Shown one piece after another: positions 10,901-23,640 of a DNA stretch of 64,000 nucleotides. Source of the DNA: Antedon mediterranea (lineage: Eukaryota; Animalia; Echinodermata); contig NC_092671.1 in the NCBI RefSeq assembly GCF_964355755.1, positions 19,964,001 to 20,028,000 on the forward strand, written 5' to 3'. The position numbers and the translations under genes are program-made. The notes below the pieces were generated by a model that worked only from the letters and a program-made list of their open reading frames with translations, had not been told where the DNA came from and ran no database searches. Numbering within the stretch: the stretch's first letter is position 1; each line of letters opens with the position of its first letter.

Positions 10901-13900
10901 TATCATGGTCCAATACTTTAACGTCTAAGAAAAGATCCCCCTGTAATAATAATAATAATAATAATAATAACAATAATAATACTAATTATGATAATGATAT
11001 AAGCATTTCGCAAATCTCATGGATGTTTAAAAAATTCTAGTTTTTAATCCTAGATTTTCTTTCAAAAAGTAAAGCTATTGTATTTATCTCTTCCTACAGC
11101 ACCACGCATTGTGAACTTGCATGATATCTTTCTCAAATTTTTTTAAAAATTATTTAATTATATTATTTTTCCACTCTGGTAGCTAAGTATGAATCTTACC
11201 GTCCAGTTTGTAAATTTAAATTGAAATGGGTTGGCCATCTTTTGTGACTCATCTCTAGTTGATATACGGTCAGGAAAATCAAAAGTATCCTCATTGCGAA
11301 ATATCTTTCCCGTTATTAATGTGACGTCACAATCCATTGTACGCAGTCCACTAAAATTATAGAATAGTCTGACATTTAGAATTTTGACGGAATTTTTTTT
11401 ATCGTAATGAATTCACATGGTTAGTATGACTCAACATAACGAAACATAGATACCAATACTTTTGTAGAAAAAAGGACTTATGTTCACACCATTGGATTGA
11501 GAAGAGACGTAGACCAGGGAGTTGTGCGTAGACCTAGCCAATTTTGACCAAATGTTAATTTGCTGCCATACTAATTTCATTAAGGGAAATGTCTAATCCT
11601 TGATAATTGTTAATTGTAAAACAGAAGGTACAAATAAATTGTCTATAATTACTCATTCTGACTTAATGAGAAGGTCCATTAATACAATTATAGTTTGAAT
11701 TGTAAATGAGTTGGACATTGTTTAAAGAATAATGGTTATGAACAACCATGTAGTAACAATAGTATATTAAACGTTATATAATTTTCTTTTAAAATAGCTC
11801 ATATGGCCATGTTTGCTTTTGGTTCTGTAACTAGAAATTTGTCAACTAAGCTTTTTTAGGTCAATCTTTGATTTTTTTTTTACCGGTAGAAGCAAAGTGT
11901 TGAATATAAATGAACAGTGTAGAAGTCGCTTTAATAATAGCATTTTAAAATAACATATGGGACTAAGCTACGTGACAATAATTAACATATTGAACAAAAC
12001 AACGACCCATTAAACATTTAATAGATGCTTGTACATTTCCACATAAATTATGCATACAAATATGTTCAATCAATTGCCATTGTTTCAATCTTAGCCTTTC
12101 AATTACACCGCAAATTAAATCAATACATTGTAATTAAATAGCATTTATGAAATAAATGATTTGTTATTTTAACAACTTTAATAATATCGCGAACAAATTT
12201 GGAATGATTAATTCAGTATAAATGATACTGTACTGTACCATTTCTTTAGATAAATACTTTGTAAATAATTTAAATATGCATTATCAAGTAAGATAGCGTA
12301 ACATAGGTATACTGTAGGCCTAACTAATCAGTGAATCTTTTATATTAAAAATCAGTGTATGTAGATGCATTGATTTATAAACATACCATAATCAGTAAAA
12401 AAGAATACCAGTACAGTACCTTGGTTCCTTTGTGAAACAAATTTCAAACATATTATCACATTGGCTTTTGCATTCTATTTCTTTTCTAGCTGCATCACAG
12501 CATTCACCATTGAACATTCTACTTGTAGGGTTTGAATAAGCCTTCAGAAAGAAATTGAGTGTCGCTGCTCCGTCTGTAAATGTCTGAAACAAAGTGAAAC
12601 AATAATGTAATATTGTCTACTAGATTGTTTACATTTATTCATTTACTTACTTTAGTACTGAATTGTTTATTTTATTTATACTAGCACTGTCGAAAGTTTT
12701 TTAAGCGTACCGATGTTACCCTAAAATATTTATGCAGTCGTCTTTCTTTTTTAAGGATCTAAACATTTACAATACGCCTGACTTTGCTGCCATTTTGTTG
12801 TTATTCCAATTAGCAGAACGAGGAGGTGAATATTTTAATTTAGACAACCATATCACCTTGTATACGCCTCAAAGCATTGACCATGCTCATTTTCAGAAAA
12901 AAGACCTATACCATCTAAAGTTTAAACAACGAAATGGCTTTATTGCATGACATCATAATAACTTAGTTTCAATTTATTCTATGTACAACAACTATTGTAA
13001 ATGTACTCAATTAAAATGCATGTTTTTAAAATAGGTTTTAATACTAGGGTCGCAGCAGCCACATTGTTCTTCAAGTTGGTATTTGTTATGAAATACGTAG
13101 CCTACCTTAAAAAATGGAAAGGTCTGCAATTGAGATATTTCAGAAATGTTCATTTAAATGCATAAAGCCTATACAATAATGACCTAACTCCGTTACCCCT
13201 CCATTAGTCTGGGCTCCAGACGGAGTTTTGTCTTAATATTAGTAAAAATATAAATATTTTTGCACATATGGCGTTTCATACGTGTATTACTTGAGTTTGG
13301 ATACTCCGTCTGGGGAAGTCACGTGGTTTGACACCAAGAATTCTTGGTGCATACGATTATCCGGTTGACTAGTTTCAGCTGCATGCGATTGGCTACTCAC
13401 TCGTACACTGTTTTAATATTCATATTTCAGAATTTCAAAGACTCAACATCTAAGACGATGCGCATGCGCTACATTACGTTTAGACAATGTGTACTTGGGT
13501 ACATTGATGAAAGTTTCTGAAAGCTAGAAATGATTTTATATGCCTAGTAGTCTGGTAAACATTTGATGGGATTTTTCCCAAGAACATGAAAACTCGTCTT
13601 GATATGATAGGCTAGCTTCTCCGCAAATCAAACATTGAATGGATCATTTATTATGCGGAGATAATTTAATTTATTTCCCACCCTGTCCTGTTCTTTGTGG
13701 TGGTGTAGCCCTGTTGTGTGCCGGTGTAGCCCTGTTGTGTGCGGGTCGGTGGTGGTATGTACCTTATTGGCGTTCTATTTAGCAGGTCATACGTACGAGT
13801 TGAGTATCCCTACGAAGGAGGCCTAGGCCAGGACTAAACAATTAATAAACAAAACAACTTGGCAACACGATTTTATATTTCAACAGTTGTTCAGTCTCGA

Positions 13901-16900
13901 TCGTACATTCAGCACTGAACGTACTCTATCTTTTTCATTTTGAAACAAAATGATCATTGGTTGATTCGAAATCCATATTTACATACCGCCCGCCCCATAT
14001 AGCCAAATACGGTATGATAACCTACGTCATTCTTATCGGATGTTTGCGGTCTGCAAATCGATTTCTATACGTGTTTCACAAGTCTGTATTTTCAGAGAAA
14101 AATCGCGGTCGAAATAAAAACAAATAAATATAAAAAAAGACAATAAATACAGACTTGGGGCAAGTCTACCCCTCCATCAACTCATCCACGATGATGAAAA
14201 AGCTTGGTTAGAAGTTAGTAATTTATACAGTACGTACCGAGAACTGTTTTATTGAAATATTCCTAATTTTTGGATTTTTTTAGTTTTAATTATTTACTAT
14301 TTAGCTTTGATGCAAACAACTGATGTAGTTTAGTTTGAATATGCTCATGCGGAAAATAAACTATACTTATGTATATACATTCTCTATTTGTGATTACTTG
14401 ATATGCACGTGTATGAATGGTTTTGAAGAAACTGTTAGGCCTAATACAAGACGCAAAATAATGACACGGATTACTATCTCTTTAGGTAACTAATGTGTTG
14501 TAAAGTTTATATAGTTATTTCAGGTATTTTATATAATCCAATAATTAGGCATAGAATATTTAAGACCATAATTTACAAGGACATAAATATTTTTCTGTAA
14601 ATGGACTTTGCCACTTCTCTCTATTCCCTTAACGATAAATGAAAAATAAAATAAAGGAGCCGCATGATTCATGGTTATAAAATGTTATTGCCGTTTTGAA
14701 TGTTTACACGTGTGTTTAGACCTATTAGACGTTTACGTATTCGGTATAGTCAAAGTAGAACTTTTCTTTTCTTTCGCTAAGGATTTGTATTTATAATTTT
14801 TTTTTGGCTGATTGAGGTTTGTATGTTAAACAAAACAGTTCGCTTTTATAAGCTGTGCACGCCACCGGAACAACGCGCAACACAAAGAACTTACACCTCC
14901 TAACGTGCTGATATACAGCACTTTTGATTTAAATATGAATAGGCCTTCGTATTCATTTTAAAATAATTACTATAATTAATAAGTATTATTAACTAATGTT
15001 AAAGAAATTGGAGAACGAACTTAAGGTTTCAAAGTCTTATGAAATCAATAACGTTGCTATAATAAATGGGATTCTAACTCGTTAAACTGGAAAATACTGA
15101 TTTGAATTGCTCATAAAGGATACAATAAGTTATTAATGAAAACTAGATTGTAGCATCTATAGGTTTTGGCTGATTTACAAACATTATATTATGCGCATTT
15201 TAAAATTGGCTGCCGGCTATTATTTTTAAGAGAATAACCGTGAATATTAGGCTATGTTATGAAATTATTTGATTTTTTAATGAAAAAATTCTCTTATGAT
15301 GGCGTATGTCGATTATTATACAGTATTATCACAACATACAACAATAAGAACATTATTATTATTCTTTTCTTGTTAAAACACCTTTTAACAGACTAGATAG
15401 ATAGGCCTAGACTAAATTGTTTAGCCTAAATAATCCGTTTATAAGACTAAACATCAGGACGAAGAATTTATAACCTCACCATATAAGAATGTAACTTTCT
15501 TTTGTTTTTACAACCACTGCTAAAACTAATTAATCTCCTTTAAGCTAGGCTAATGTCATGTAAATTTACTCTTCCCTGCAAAATACAATGTCACACAGGT
15601 CATTGTTTATAGCCTAAGAGCTGGAACTTGTTAGGAGGAACATGTGCATTATGAAACTTTAGTAAGATACTCAAAGTAAAGATAAAGCACCGAAAAACCC
15701 GAGTATGAATCTTTCTAAATAATTATGTTATAGCGTTTATGCATTCATTCTATTCATTAACCACGCATAAATAAGTATAACTAGCACAATCACATCGATG
15801 TGTGATAATTACATTAGGGTGTGCATGCCTTCTTGTATTCGGGGCACCTACTACTACACTACCTTTTCTCCTTACAATTGCAAGTATTTCTGGTTGGGGT
15901 TTGTCAGAGTTTATCACTCATTTTATTTAGAACATCATTGCTACTTCAAGGAATACATTTAAGATGGATAGGTTGTTTGTATTTTGTCAATTTGGTGGGC
16001 AGGATTTTGGCTATTTTAGAAAAATATGGAAATTTCAAATGGTAACTCTTGCTCACTTACGCCCATATTTCCTAATCGAACCTTAGTCTAGTTCAAACTT
16101 GGTCTTGGAAAGGTACTAGTTTGAACTAAGAAAAAATAGGCTAACTACTTCATTCAGAGTTTGATGATGTAGCCAATCAGATAGAAGTACAGCTAAATGA
16201 TAAAACGCTGTCGTCGCGATGTGTGTATCGTGCTACTCCCGTATGGAAATGCACTCTGGAGTGACGCAGGTAAAGATCGTATCCAAATTGATAGCATTTA
16301 CAAACAAAAGTTAACTTGTATTAAAAAAATGTTCAAATGATTGGATAATCAACTAAATATTGGTCACGGTTTTCATCATCTGTTAAAAAGCTGGCGAGTT
16401 AACTTTCTCTTCGTGGATTAAAACAATTTTTGCTCAAAATCCGCAACGATTTTTTGAGTTAGGCAGTTTTAAGTCACATATTTAGTTAGAGTTCGTTTTA
16501 TGAATTAAAAATAACGCCATATTTAAAGTTTATTTTTAAGAATACGGGCGTTAACAGTCAACATGCTTTCGAGACGTATGTTTATGTATGTACCATCTGG
16601 CGGAAATATCAGCCGCTCCTTAATATTAGATATATTGTTAATCGATGTTCGATGAAAAAATCACTAAAGAATAATGGCCATTTGCGGAAACAATCTTATG
16701 TATGCATAACGTTGTACACCATTATTGAAGTTGTTGTTTTCTTCAACATATTCGATATCATTTATTTAAAAGAAATACATATTTTATGTTAGCCTAATAC
16801 CGTACCATCACACTGTAGTAATGTCGCAGAACTCTTTAAGTGTAACTGTAATAATAGGTAGATTTTATATGGCCTTGTAAATCGTGCCAAATCGAATTTA

Positions 16901-19624
16901 ATGACTGATTTATGTCATGCATTATGCTTAAATGGATTGGTTATAAAAGTTAGTAGAAGTAAAAAAAAAACGAATTTTAACTATAGATAAGCCTATTAGT
17001 GAAAAGGTATTGATTGGGATATATATTATAACAAATTAATATTGATTAATATTCTTAATGGTTTTACTATTCCTTACGTTCAAAACAAAGGCATTAACAA
17101 CTGCTGATATACAAATAATATGGAATAGTAATTATAGTTAATATACAGTAGTGACCTTCCATAAACGATCGTCCATCTTTACAATACATTTTCTCCTTTG
17201 TGTTCATATGCCTACACTATATTATTATTTATATTATTAATATTATTCAAATAGCGTGAAACAAACAAAATGATACTAGGATTGCTAAGGCAGGGCGTAG
17301 TTTTATTTCATTCCATCCAACGAAATAAAAATATTTTTTTAAACGGATATGAACTACGGTATAGATACCTTTATAATTATACTAACACTAATAATCATTT
17401 TCACCTAACGTTTAACGTGACCTATATGTTTAGGTAACATGTTGCTGTAATACTAAAAAATACTGGCCTATAATAATTATTGAACTACAGTATGTGTTTC
17501 AACTTTGACCTACTGTAATTTGCATACGCGAAGATTCCATAATATTCGCTCTGTTACACATTCGGGGTGTTTTTTCATTGAACCTTACATTTCTCAACCC
17601 AAATCACGTCATATCATGGCTAACTTCAAATCAAAACAAGGGGCATCGATATTGGCACATGCATACAAATGAGAAGAAATCTGCTTCGTACAATTTGTAG
17701 ATTCTAGATTTTGAAAGTTTTCAGAAACAGTATGCCATATCTTCTATTTTTAAAAGATAAGAGATGATGCATTAATCGCATGTATTGAGAAAATGATTTA
17801 TCTTCAGACATTATGATTCTTATATTTCAGTACTAAGGCTTATTTAACTTATATGTTACAACATCTTCACTAGTTAACGTCATCATTTTTATATGTATGT
17901 ACAGCAGTATCATAGGTCTGATCAACATAAAACTGCAACTATTTCCTCCATTCTTATTTCTATTTAAAAGCAGCGATTCACTGGGGGGTTGGGGGGGGGG
18001 GGGGTATATTGCAATTCTAGATGCAAAAACAACACAGTTTGCTTGGAATTTATGCAATGTTATTATTATTATAATTGAACAACAAACAAAAAAATCAATT
18101 ATTATATTAGAAAGAGGAAATAATGGTAGATCATGGATGAAATTTATTTATAATATTGTATGTGTGCTATGGTGCGTATGACCATCAATGACATCATCAT
18201 TACTCGGTGACTGTAATTATATTGAAGAATACGTTATGGGTTTAACATTTACCTGGATGTGAAATTTTTTCCTATGCAGAATTATATATGATAGTAATAA
18301 CTAATTTTAGTAGATGTGATATTACGCTTAAATAATGTAATTAAAAGTTATACCTATATATTCAATGTTATACGGCATTGATCTATGGGATGGATATTTT
18401 ACAATCTATTTTGGTGCTTTTATAACTGAAAATAACTGTATTTAGGCATACATTAATCTGGGATTAATGGCTATGACCTAAACATGATTATTGGATCAGA
18501 ATTTAAATGGGGAAACCTAAATATGTTACTTATGAATTCACAGAAACAATCCATACCGTAAACAAACAAGACGTACACACTAACTAATGTTCCACTCTTG
18601 TGCAATTTTCCTTCTTTTACTATGGTTACCACGTAATGCGTCTATCATAAACTTGATCTCTATGGTAACATTCGCACATTCTGACGTTGACATTAGCCCC
18701 ATGACGCCCGTATTACTCGACATTAATATTTCTACACAATTTTATTTAGACTTTTTAAATATTGGCATCAGTACCCCATCACTGTATGGATATATAATTT
18801 GGCCACCCTACTGTAATATTAGGCTATATTAGAAACAAAGAGTTCCATCTTTTAGAGACATAGATTTACAGATTTGGTATTAGATGTCAAAAACACATTA
18901 ACTATCAATATTATTAAAGATTGATAATATGATTTATAAGTTACAGCAATAATTAACAAAATGGGAGTTACAGGTAAAGTATATTGACTAGTAGCTTACT
19001 AGGGAATATTTAATAAGTAAATATTTATTATTACATAGTTGATCGTTCTGTTTTCCGACTCAAAGAAGATTTATAAATTCAAGCTAAATGAGTCACACGA
19101 GCCTCTGGGTAGCTCAAAGTATGGTCATTTGTTGTTAATGTGACCATTGAGAGAAGACTTATTGCACGACATGGCTTCTGAAAGGAGTTAATGGATCGGT
19201 GCATTAGATATTACGGTTAAATTTAGGCATTACAAGAGGCAAATGCAAAATCTCTAAATTTACGTCATTAGCAAGCATGTTGTTTTCGCGTTCAGACTTT
19301 TACCGCTCTCTCGATGGTTTTAGGGCAGTGTTCATGGTATGCAGTTTAGAGGCTGTACTTTTTGACTTGCCAATGTTAATGTAGTATACGCTATATAAAA
19401 ACAAATGAAACATTATAACGACACAGCCTACACTAATGCAAAATCATTACACTAAGAAAATAAGTATCTTACTATTACTACTATAATACATATAATTATA
19501 AACACATTTAACACACTATTTAGGAACCAATAGGTATTTACAGGTGACAAAATAAACAAAAGGCACAACTTACCCAATATGAATAGATTAATAACAGCAG
19601 TTGAAAAAACGTGTTTAGAAACAT
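1815..19624 (-). CDS. Gene A: Delta/Serrate-like (MNNL/C2-DSL-23xEGF-SEA-like-TM) type I membrane protein, 14 exons, 1273 aa
   Basis: Exons 19574-19624, 12420-12583, 11200-11350, 10801-10940, 10064-10200, 8508-8621, 7341-7454, 7005-7115, 6454-6567, 3815-5998, 3412-3568, 2855-3005, 2369-2469 and 1815-1947 all have GT-AG boundaries. Phases join into one 3822-nt open frame from ATG to TAG. Confidence 0.88.
2369..2469 (-). CDS. Gene A exon 13: transmembrane helix
   Basis: tttttag|[34 protein letters not shown]|gtaagt; hydrophobic run followed by CC and basic residues. Confidence 0.85.
2855..3005 (-). CDS. Gene A exon 12: juxtamembrane domain, second half
   Basis: ttcacag|(A)[50 protein letters not shown]|gttact; homologous to gene B exon 9. 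Confidence 0.8.
3412..3568 (-). CDS. Gene A exon 11: juxtamembrane domain, first half
   Basis: tttgcag|[53 protein letters not shown]|gtgagt; 157 nt, same length and phases as gene B exon 8. Confidence 0.82.
3815..5998 (-). CDS. Gene A exon 10: 19 tandem calcium-binding EGF repeats
   Basis: Core of ORF 3783..6242; repeats of (D/N)I(D/N)EC-x-S-x-PC-x-N-x3-C-x-D-x4-Y-x-C-x-C-x2-G(F/Y)-x-G-x2-C; phase 1-1, 2184 nt. Confidence 0.95.
6454..6567 (-). CDS. Gene A exon 9: single EGF
   Basis: [38 protein letters not shown](G); 114 nt; ctttag|...|gtaagt. Confidence 0.92.
6648..6937. mobile_element. Kolobok-like MITE in gene A intron 8
   Basis: TTAA|AGGTATATTGTTACCC...GGGACACTACACCT|TTAA; TTAA flanks and RR terminus; termini resemble the element at 60026-60570. 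Confidence 0.55.
7005..7115 (-). CDS. Gene A exon 8: single EGF
   Basis: [37 protein letters not shown](G); 111 nt; ttccag|...|gtaatt. Confidence 0.92.
7341..7454 (-). CDS. Gene A exon 7: single EGF
   Basis: [38 protein letters not shown](G); 114 nt, phase 1-1. Confidence 0.92.
8508..8621 (-). CDS. Gene A exon 6: end of DSL plus first EGF
   Basis: [38 protein letters not shown](G); 114 nt, phase 1-1. Confidence 0.92.
10064..10200 (-). CDS. Gene A exon 5: DSL domain (divergent)
   Basis: (N)[45 protein letters not shown](G); matches DSL spacing C-x3-YYG-x2-C-x3-C...Y-x-C-x3-G-x2-C-x2-G(W/F)-x-G. Confidence 0.85.
10801..10940 (-). CDS. Gene A exon 4: C2 domain C-terminal strands
   Basis: [46 protein letters not shown]; C2-type V-x-D-x-D...D-x-(L/V) loop; phase 0-2. 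Confidence 0.85.
11200..11350 (-). CDS. Gene A exon 3: MNNL/C2 middle
   Basis: [51 protein letters not shown]|gtaaga; the NP...F.F..W motif is typical of Notch-ligand N-termini. Confidence 0.85.
12420..12583 (-). CDS. Gene A exon 2: MNNL N-terminal region
   Basis: [54 protein letters not shown]; resembles the Delta/Jagged 'N..G...NG.CC...C...C.T.F..C' pattern. Confidence 0.88.
13203..13400. repeat. dispersed repeat; inverted copy at ~24925-25075 and a fragment at ~54605-54650
   Basis: Shared tatggcgtttcatacgtg...aagtcacgtggt(t)tgacaccaagaattcttg...gactagtttcagc in opposite orientation at 24.9-25.1 kb. Confidence 0.65.
19574..19624 (-). CDS. Gene A exon 1: signal peptide
   Basis: [20 protein letters not shown], then |gtaagt; 51 nt, phase 0, same size as gene B exon 1. 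Confidence 0.75.
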
Positions 19625-20377
19625 CTTCTTAAATTGCTTAAATATATTTTAAATTTGAATACGAATCACCACGACTTGACGAGAGTAACAATTATCTGTT
19701 GACATATCTAAATTAGCAAAATACATTGGATTGACAAAACGAACATTTTAAACAAGGAAACGCAGTCCTATCCAAAACGTGATATCAAAAGCCGTTTGAT
19801 ATTGATATTGACTATGACATAGATAATAGATAATATGTGAATATTCCTGGACGCTGTATTGAGTTCATCATAACTTTATAGTAGTCTGATTAGTTTAGCT
19901 CCGGAAACGATAGCCGCTGGCTTATATTTAACAGCATTGTGGGCTGTGCTACGGTAATACGCCGCTAACGCACCAGTGATTTCAGAAACCGCGAGAGCAC
20001 AGCAATCGATGATCCCATCCTAGTTTAAAATAGAACATCGAAAGAACGCGTTCTGTTATTTATAATGATTTTCATATATACTATAATTAAAATCAATGTT
20101 GTACTGTTGCACTGGTACTTGATGATTGTACATCATCTTATTAATTATAAATTTGCGTAGATTTATAAATGCTATGCTGTATAGTTCGAAGTAGTATATT
20201 ATACGTTGTCGTTTTAACCAACCTTACCTAATATCAAATATACAAGTCAATGACGCAACGAAATTATGTACATAATAACATTCGAAATTGTTTGATTTAT
20301 CTTATGGACGAAAACCTATAGTATTAATTATAGAAATGCCAACATTTTGTACTTATTATTATATTTGTGTGCAGTGC

Positions 20378-21040
20378 GGGTCTAGGCCCATTGCCACCTG
20401 GCCTTTTGCCACCCGGCTCTTTGCCACCCGGCCCTTTGCCACCCGGCCAATTGCCACCAACGGATATTTGCCACCCGGCTTGTTACCACCCGACCTGTTG
20501 CCACCCGGTCAGTTTCCACCAGGCCTGTTGACACCCGGCTTGTTTCCACCCGGCCTGTTGTCACCCGGTCTCTTGCCACCCGACCATTTGCCACATTTTC
20601 CACCCACTTTTCATTTTAAAGAACAATTAGGCCTATAGGGGGAACTGGCAAACTGGCGTGATTGCGACAAAGGCGCGTAGCGTCTCTGGGCTAATATATA
20701 CGGTTAGTCCCCGCTCTCAGTACAATTATTTGTACCGTCTGGGATCCACCTGTCTATGACAAACGGTGGTATACAATATTTTGGGATATTTATATAATAT
20801 AAAAGCATACGTGATATTTTACTTCAATAACGGAAAATAGAAGGCTTAATTAAAGGCCGGGTAGCAAAAGGCCGGGTGGCAAAAGGTGGCAAAAGGTCGA
20901 GTGGCAACAGGCCGAGTGGCAAAATACCTAAGGTAGTAATTAGCCGGGTGACAATAGGCCGGTGACGATAGATCGGGTGGTGAAAGGCCGGTTGGCATAG
21001 GCCGAGTTGAAAAAGACCAGGTGGCAACGGGCCGGAACCC
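20378..21040. mobile_element. Mutator/Foldback-type non-autonomous DNA transposon
   Basis: GGG...CCC termini; inverted arms of ~200 bp built from ~15-bp tandem units (ttgccacccggccNN); 9-bp TSD gtgcagtgc / gtgcagagc (1 mismatch). Confidence 0.8.
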
Positions 21041-21839
21041 GTGCAGAGCTATGACTCTAGATGTATGTTGAATAGTTCGCACTGCAGAATACAACTAATT
21101 TGCCAGACAAGTGTACTGTAAAGCTCATTTATTTCGGTGAGTCTCTAGTACGCCCAGGAAAGCTCCCCATACAAAATTGAAGTTAAAAATGTAGTAGGGA
21201 ATAGGAGAGTAAGAACCTGCCTCTCAAGATAAATCATAAAATACTTTTATTTTACTACTAAGCAGCTTCGATTCGAGAGGATTATGGATATTGTCATTTT
21301 TCATTTAATTATTACTGTATGCATGTACATTTTCAATTCAATTCAAATTAAAAACAGTGAAATATTCTTTAATAATAATAACAGTAACTAAAATCTTGAG
21401 TAAGGTATTTCAATTGCTGTAATTGTAGGATCCAAGCAACATAAAAAGGTAGATACAAAAGCAAAATTCATTGAAATAATTTTGTTTTAAATTCTATTTC
21501 ATTCAAAATATATATAACACAAACATTTCTATAAAAAGCAGAACATTACATACAATATATTTAAAAAACCTAACCATTTCCTCTCAAACGATTTGCTTTG
21601 AATTTCTGTGTTGAAATGATAACATAATAGCATACAATTAATTTGTAATTAAACGCTTTAATGAAAGATGTAGAAAATGTCATTTAACTAATAGTATTGA
21701 AAGCGAGTAAACAGAATAGAAACAAGAATATTACTGAAAATAAAATAAGATAAAAAGGAATTTTATTTAGAGGAAGAAATTGTGAATTTATTATATAGAA
21801 ATTACATGATGTTGAATTGAATTGAAATATTTTATTGAC

Positions 21840-22085
21840 TGGTCAAAGACTGGTCTCCCAGAGGGTCCCAGTTATGATAAGTGGTTGTGATGTACTAGTA
21901 CACGGGAGTAACCCCCTACTCAACTCGAAAGATGTACTAGGTTTGTTAAAGTGTACATGAGCTAGATGTGTACACTGGACCTACGGTTTATAGTTCTTGT
22001 CCGGGAAGACCCGTTCTACCACCAGAACCATGGAGCGAGTGAGCCTCGAACCTTTGCCGATGTTATGTCCAACTGTCGGCTACTA
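21840..22085 (-). mobile_element. probable tRNA-derived SINE (decayed)
   Basis: Minus-strand B-box-like GGTTCGAGGCTC at 22041-22052, followed by a body resembling conserved invertebrate SINE cores (recognised from memory, not searched). Confidence 0.45.
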
Positions 22086-22559
22086 TTCAGGTACATCATT
22101 TATAATTATTAAAAGGAAGCTGCCATTGAGTAGATTTGATAAATAATACTGCTTTGTGGTGAAAAGGTTACGTGAAAACCGAATTCTAATGGACCAATAC
22201 CTGAAAGAAAAGGTGTTGCTGGAATAAGTCAACAAATGGCATGTAAGATAACGTATACATGGCAATGTTCCCAGGCTAGAGATGCCTAAAAGATGACAAC
22301 TTGATTGACAGCTGCTGGCTAAGATAGTGAGGAAGGCAACGGGAACCCACCTCACTGTAAATGTTTTCCTTTGAAAAATGACGACAGTTAATAACAGGAA
22401 AGACGGATTCCAAGAAAATATAAGTACTGGAAGTCGCGTCCGGCATGGTCAGTAATGGGGATGGCCAAGTCGTCAATTAGCGAATATCCCAAATAAAAAT
22501 TGGCACATAAAAAATAGGAGAAAATGTGCAGATACAAATGAAAATAGAAAATAGAAAAG

Positions 22560-23640
22560 TTAGCAACAAATTGTGATGTTACTATTGAAAATGGATATAT
22601 ATTCATATATTCTGGAAGTGAAAAACAACAACTTTTTTATCATGCTAGAGAATGCAAATAAAGTTATGGAAATTAAATATGTCAACGAAAGACTTATAAT
22701 GATAAGAATTCCTGTCAATACAGTGGTTATTGAAGTGTATATGCAAACAACAAAGAGTAATGAGTAAGTTGTAGATAGAATGTATAGACATTTTACTGGA
22801 TTACTGTAAAAAAGAGATTGTTATACTTATGGATGATTTCAATACTAATAGTAGGAGAAAAAGAGAAAGAAGGGAAGTGTGTTGGGAATTATGGACCTGG
22901 ACAAGGAAGTGAGGGAGAGGAGATAAATAGTGTAATTTGTTAAGATTGATTTGTAGTTTACAACAAACTTTTCCAACAATCTTTAAGAGGAAGATACACC
23001 AGGATGGAAAATAGGATCAATTATAATGATCAGAGAAAGTTACAAAAATGCAGTGAAAAATTGTCATAGTTATTTTGGAGTATGTTGGATGAGATCATAA
23101 CCTTGTTTCTATGACATTAAAGAATATTCAAACTAAAAAAGAATACAAGCAAGAAAGTTAAAAAGAAGTTGAATCTTCAGGCCCTGTAGTGTGATACCAC
23201 CGAACAGGAATTTAAAATACAAATAGATGAAGATATTGCCGAAATAAACGAAACGGGTATTGTTAAAGATAAGTAGAGTCATATAAAGAAAGTTATATTT
23301 AACAGAGGCCAAAACAAACATGGATTATTGAAGAGAAGATCAAAAAATGGAGGAGAGAAAGAATGGAAAAACAAAAACAATGAAGAAGGAAGACCGAAGT
23401 CTAAACAGTCAGTACGATGAATAACTGACAAGACAAAGAAAAATCGTGGATCAGCAGAAAGTGTAAGGACATTGGTAAATTACATAAAAAGGGAAGAAGT
23501 ATAAATAAATCATTTACAGCAGTGAAAGAATTAGGAAGAGAAAGGCACACAAACAATATTAGATAAAGATGAAAATTATTGTATTAACTAAAACTCTTGA
23601 TATAAAACGTATAGTAGATGGAAAGAATATATATAGATAA
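22560..23640 (+). mobile_element. decayed RTE-like LINE, endonuclease region
   Basis: Frameshifted fragments YVNERLIMIRI, EVYMQT, LMDDFN, VGNYG, RGRYT, YKNAVKNCHSY and DHNLV match AP-endonuclease motifs of RTE elements; purine-rich strand. Confidence 0.65.

Noticed and set aside
13690-14170. Possible minus-strand solo LTR in gene A intron 1
   Set aside because: LTR-like composition and a short internal duplication, but no convincing TG...CA ends with a TSD.
20288-21094. Pro/Arg-rich ORFs (PPGLL and FATRP repeats), or a CRISPR-like array
   Set aside because: Translations of the 15-bp tandem units in foldback arms; there are no unique spacers and the context is eukaryotic.
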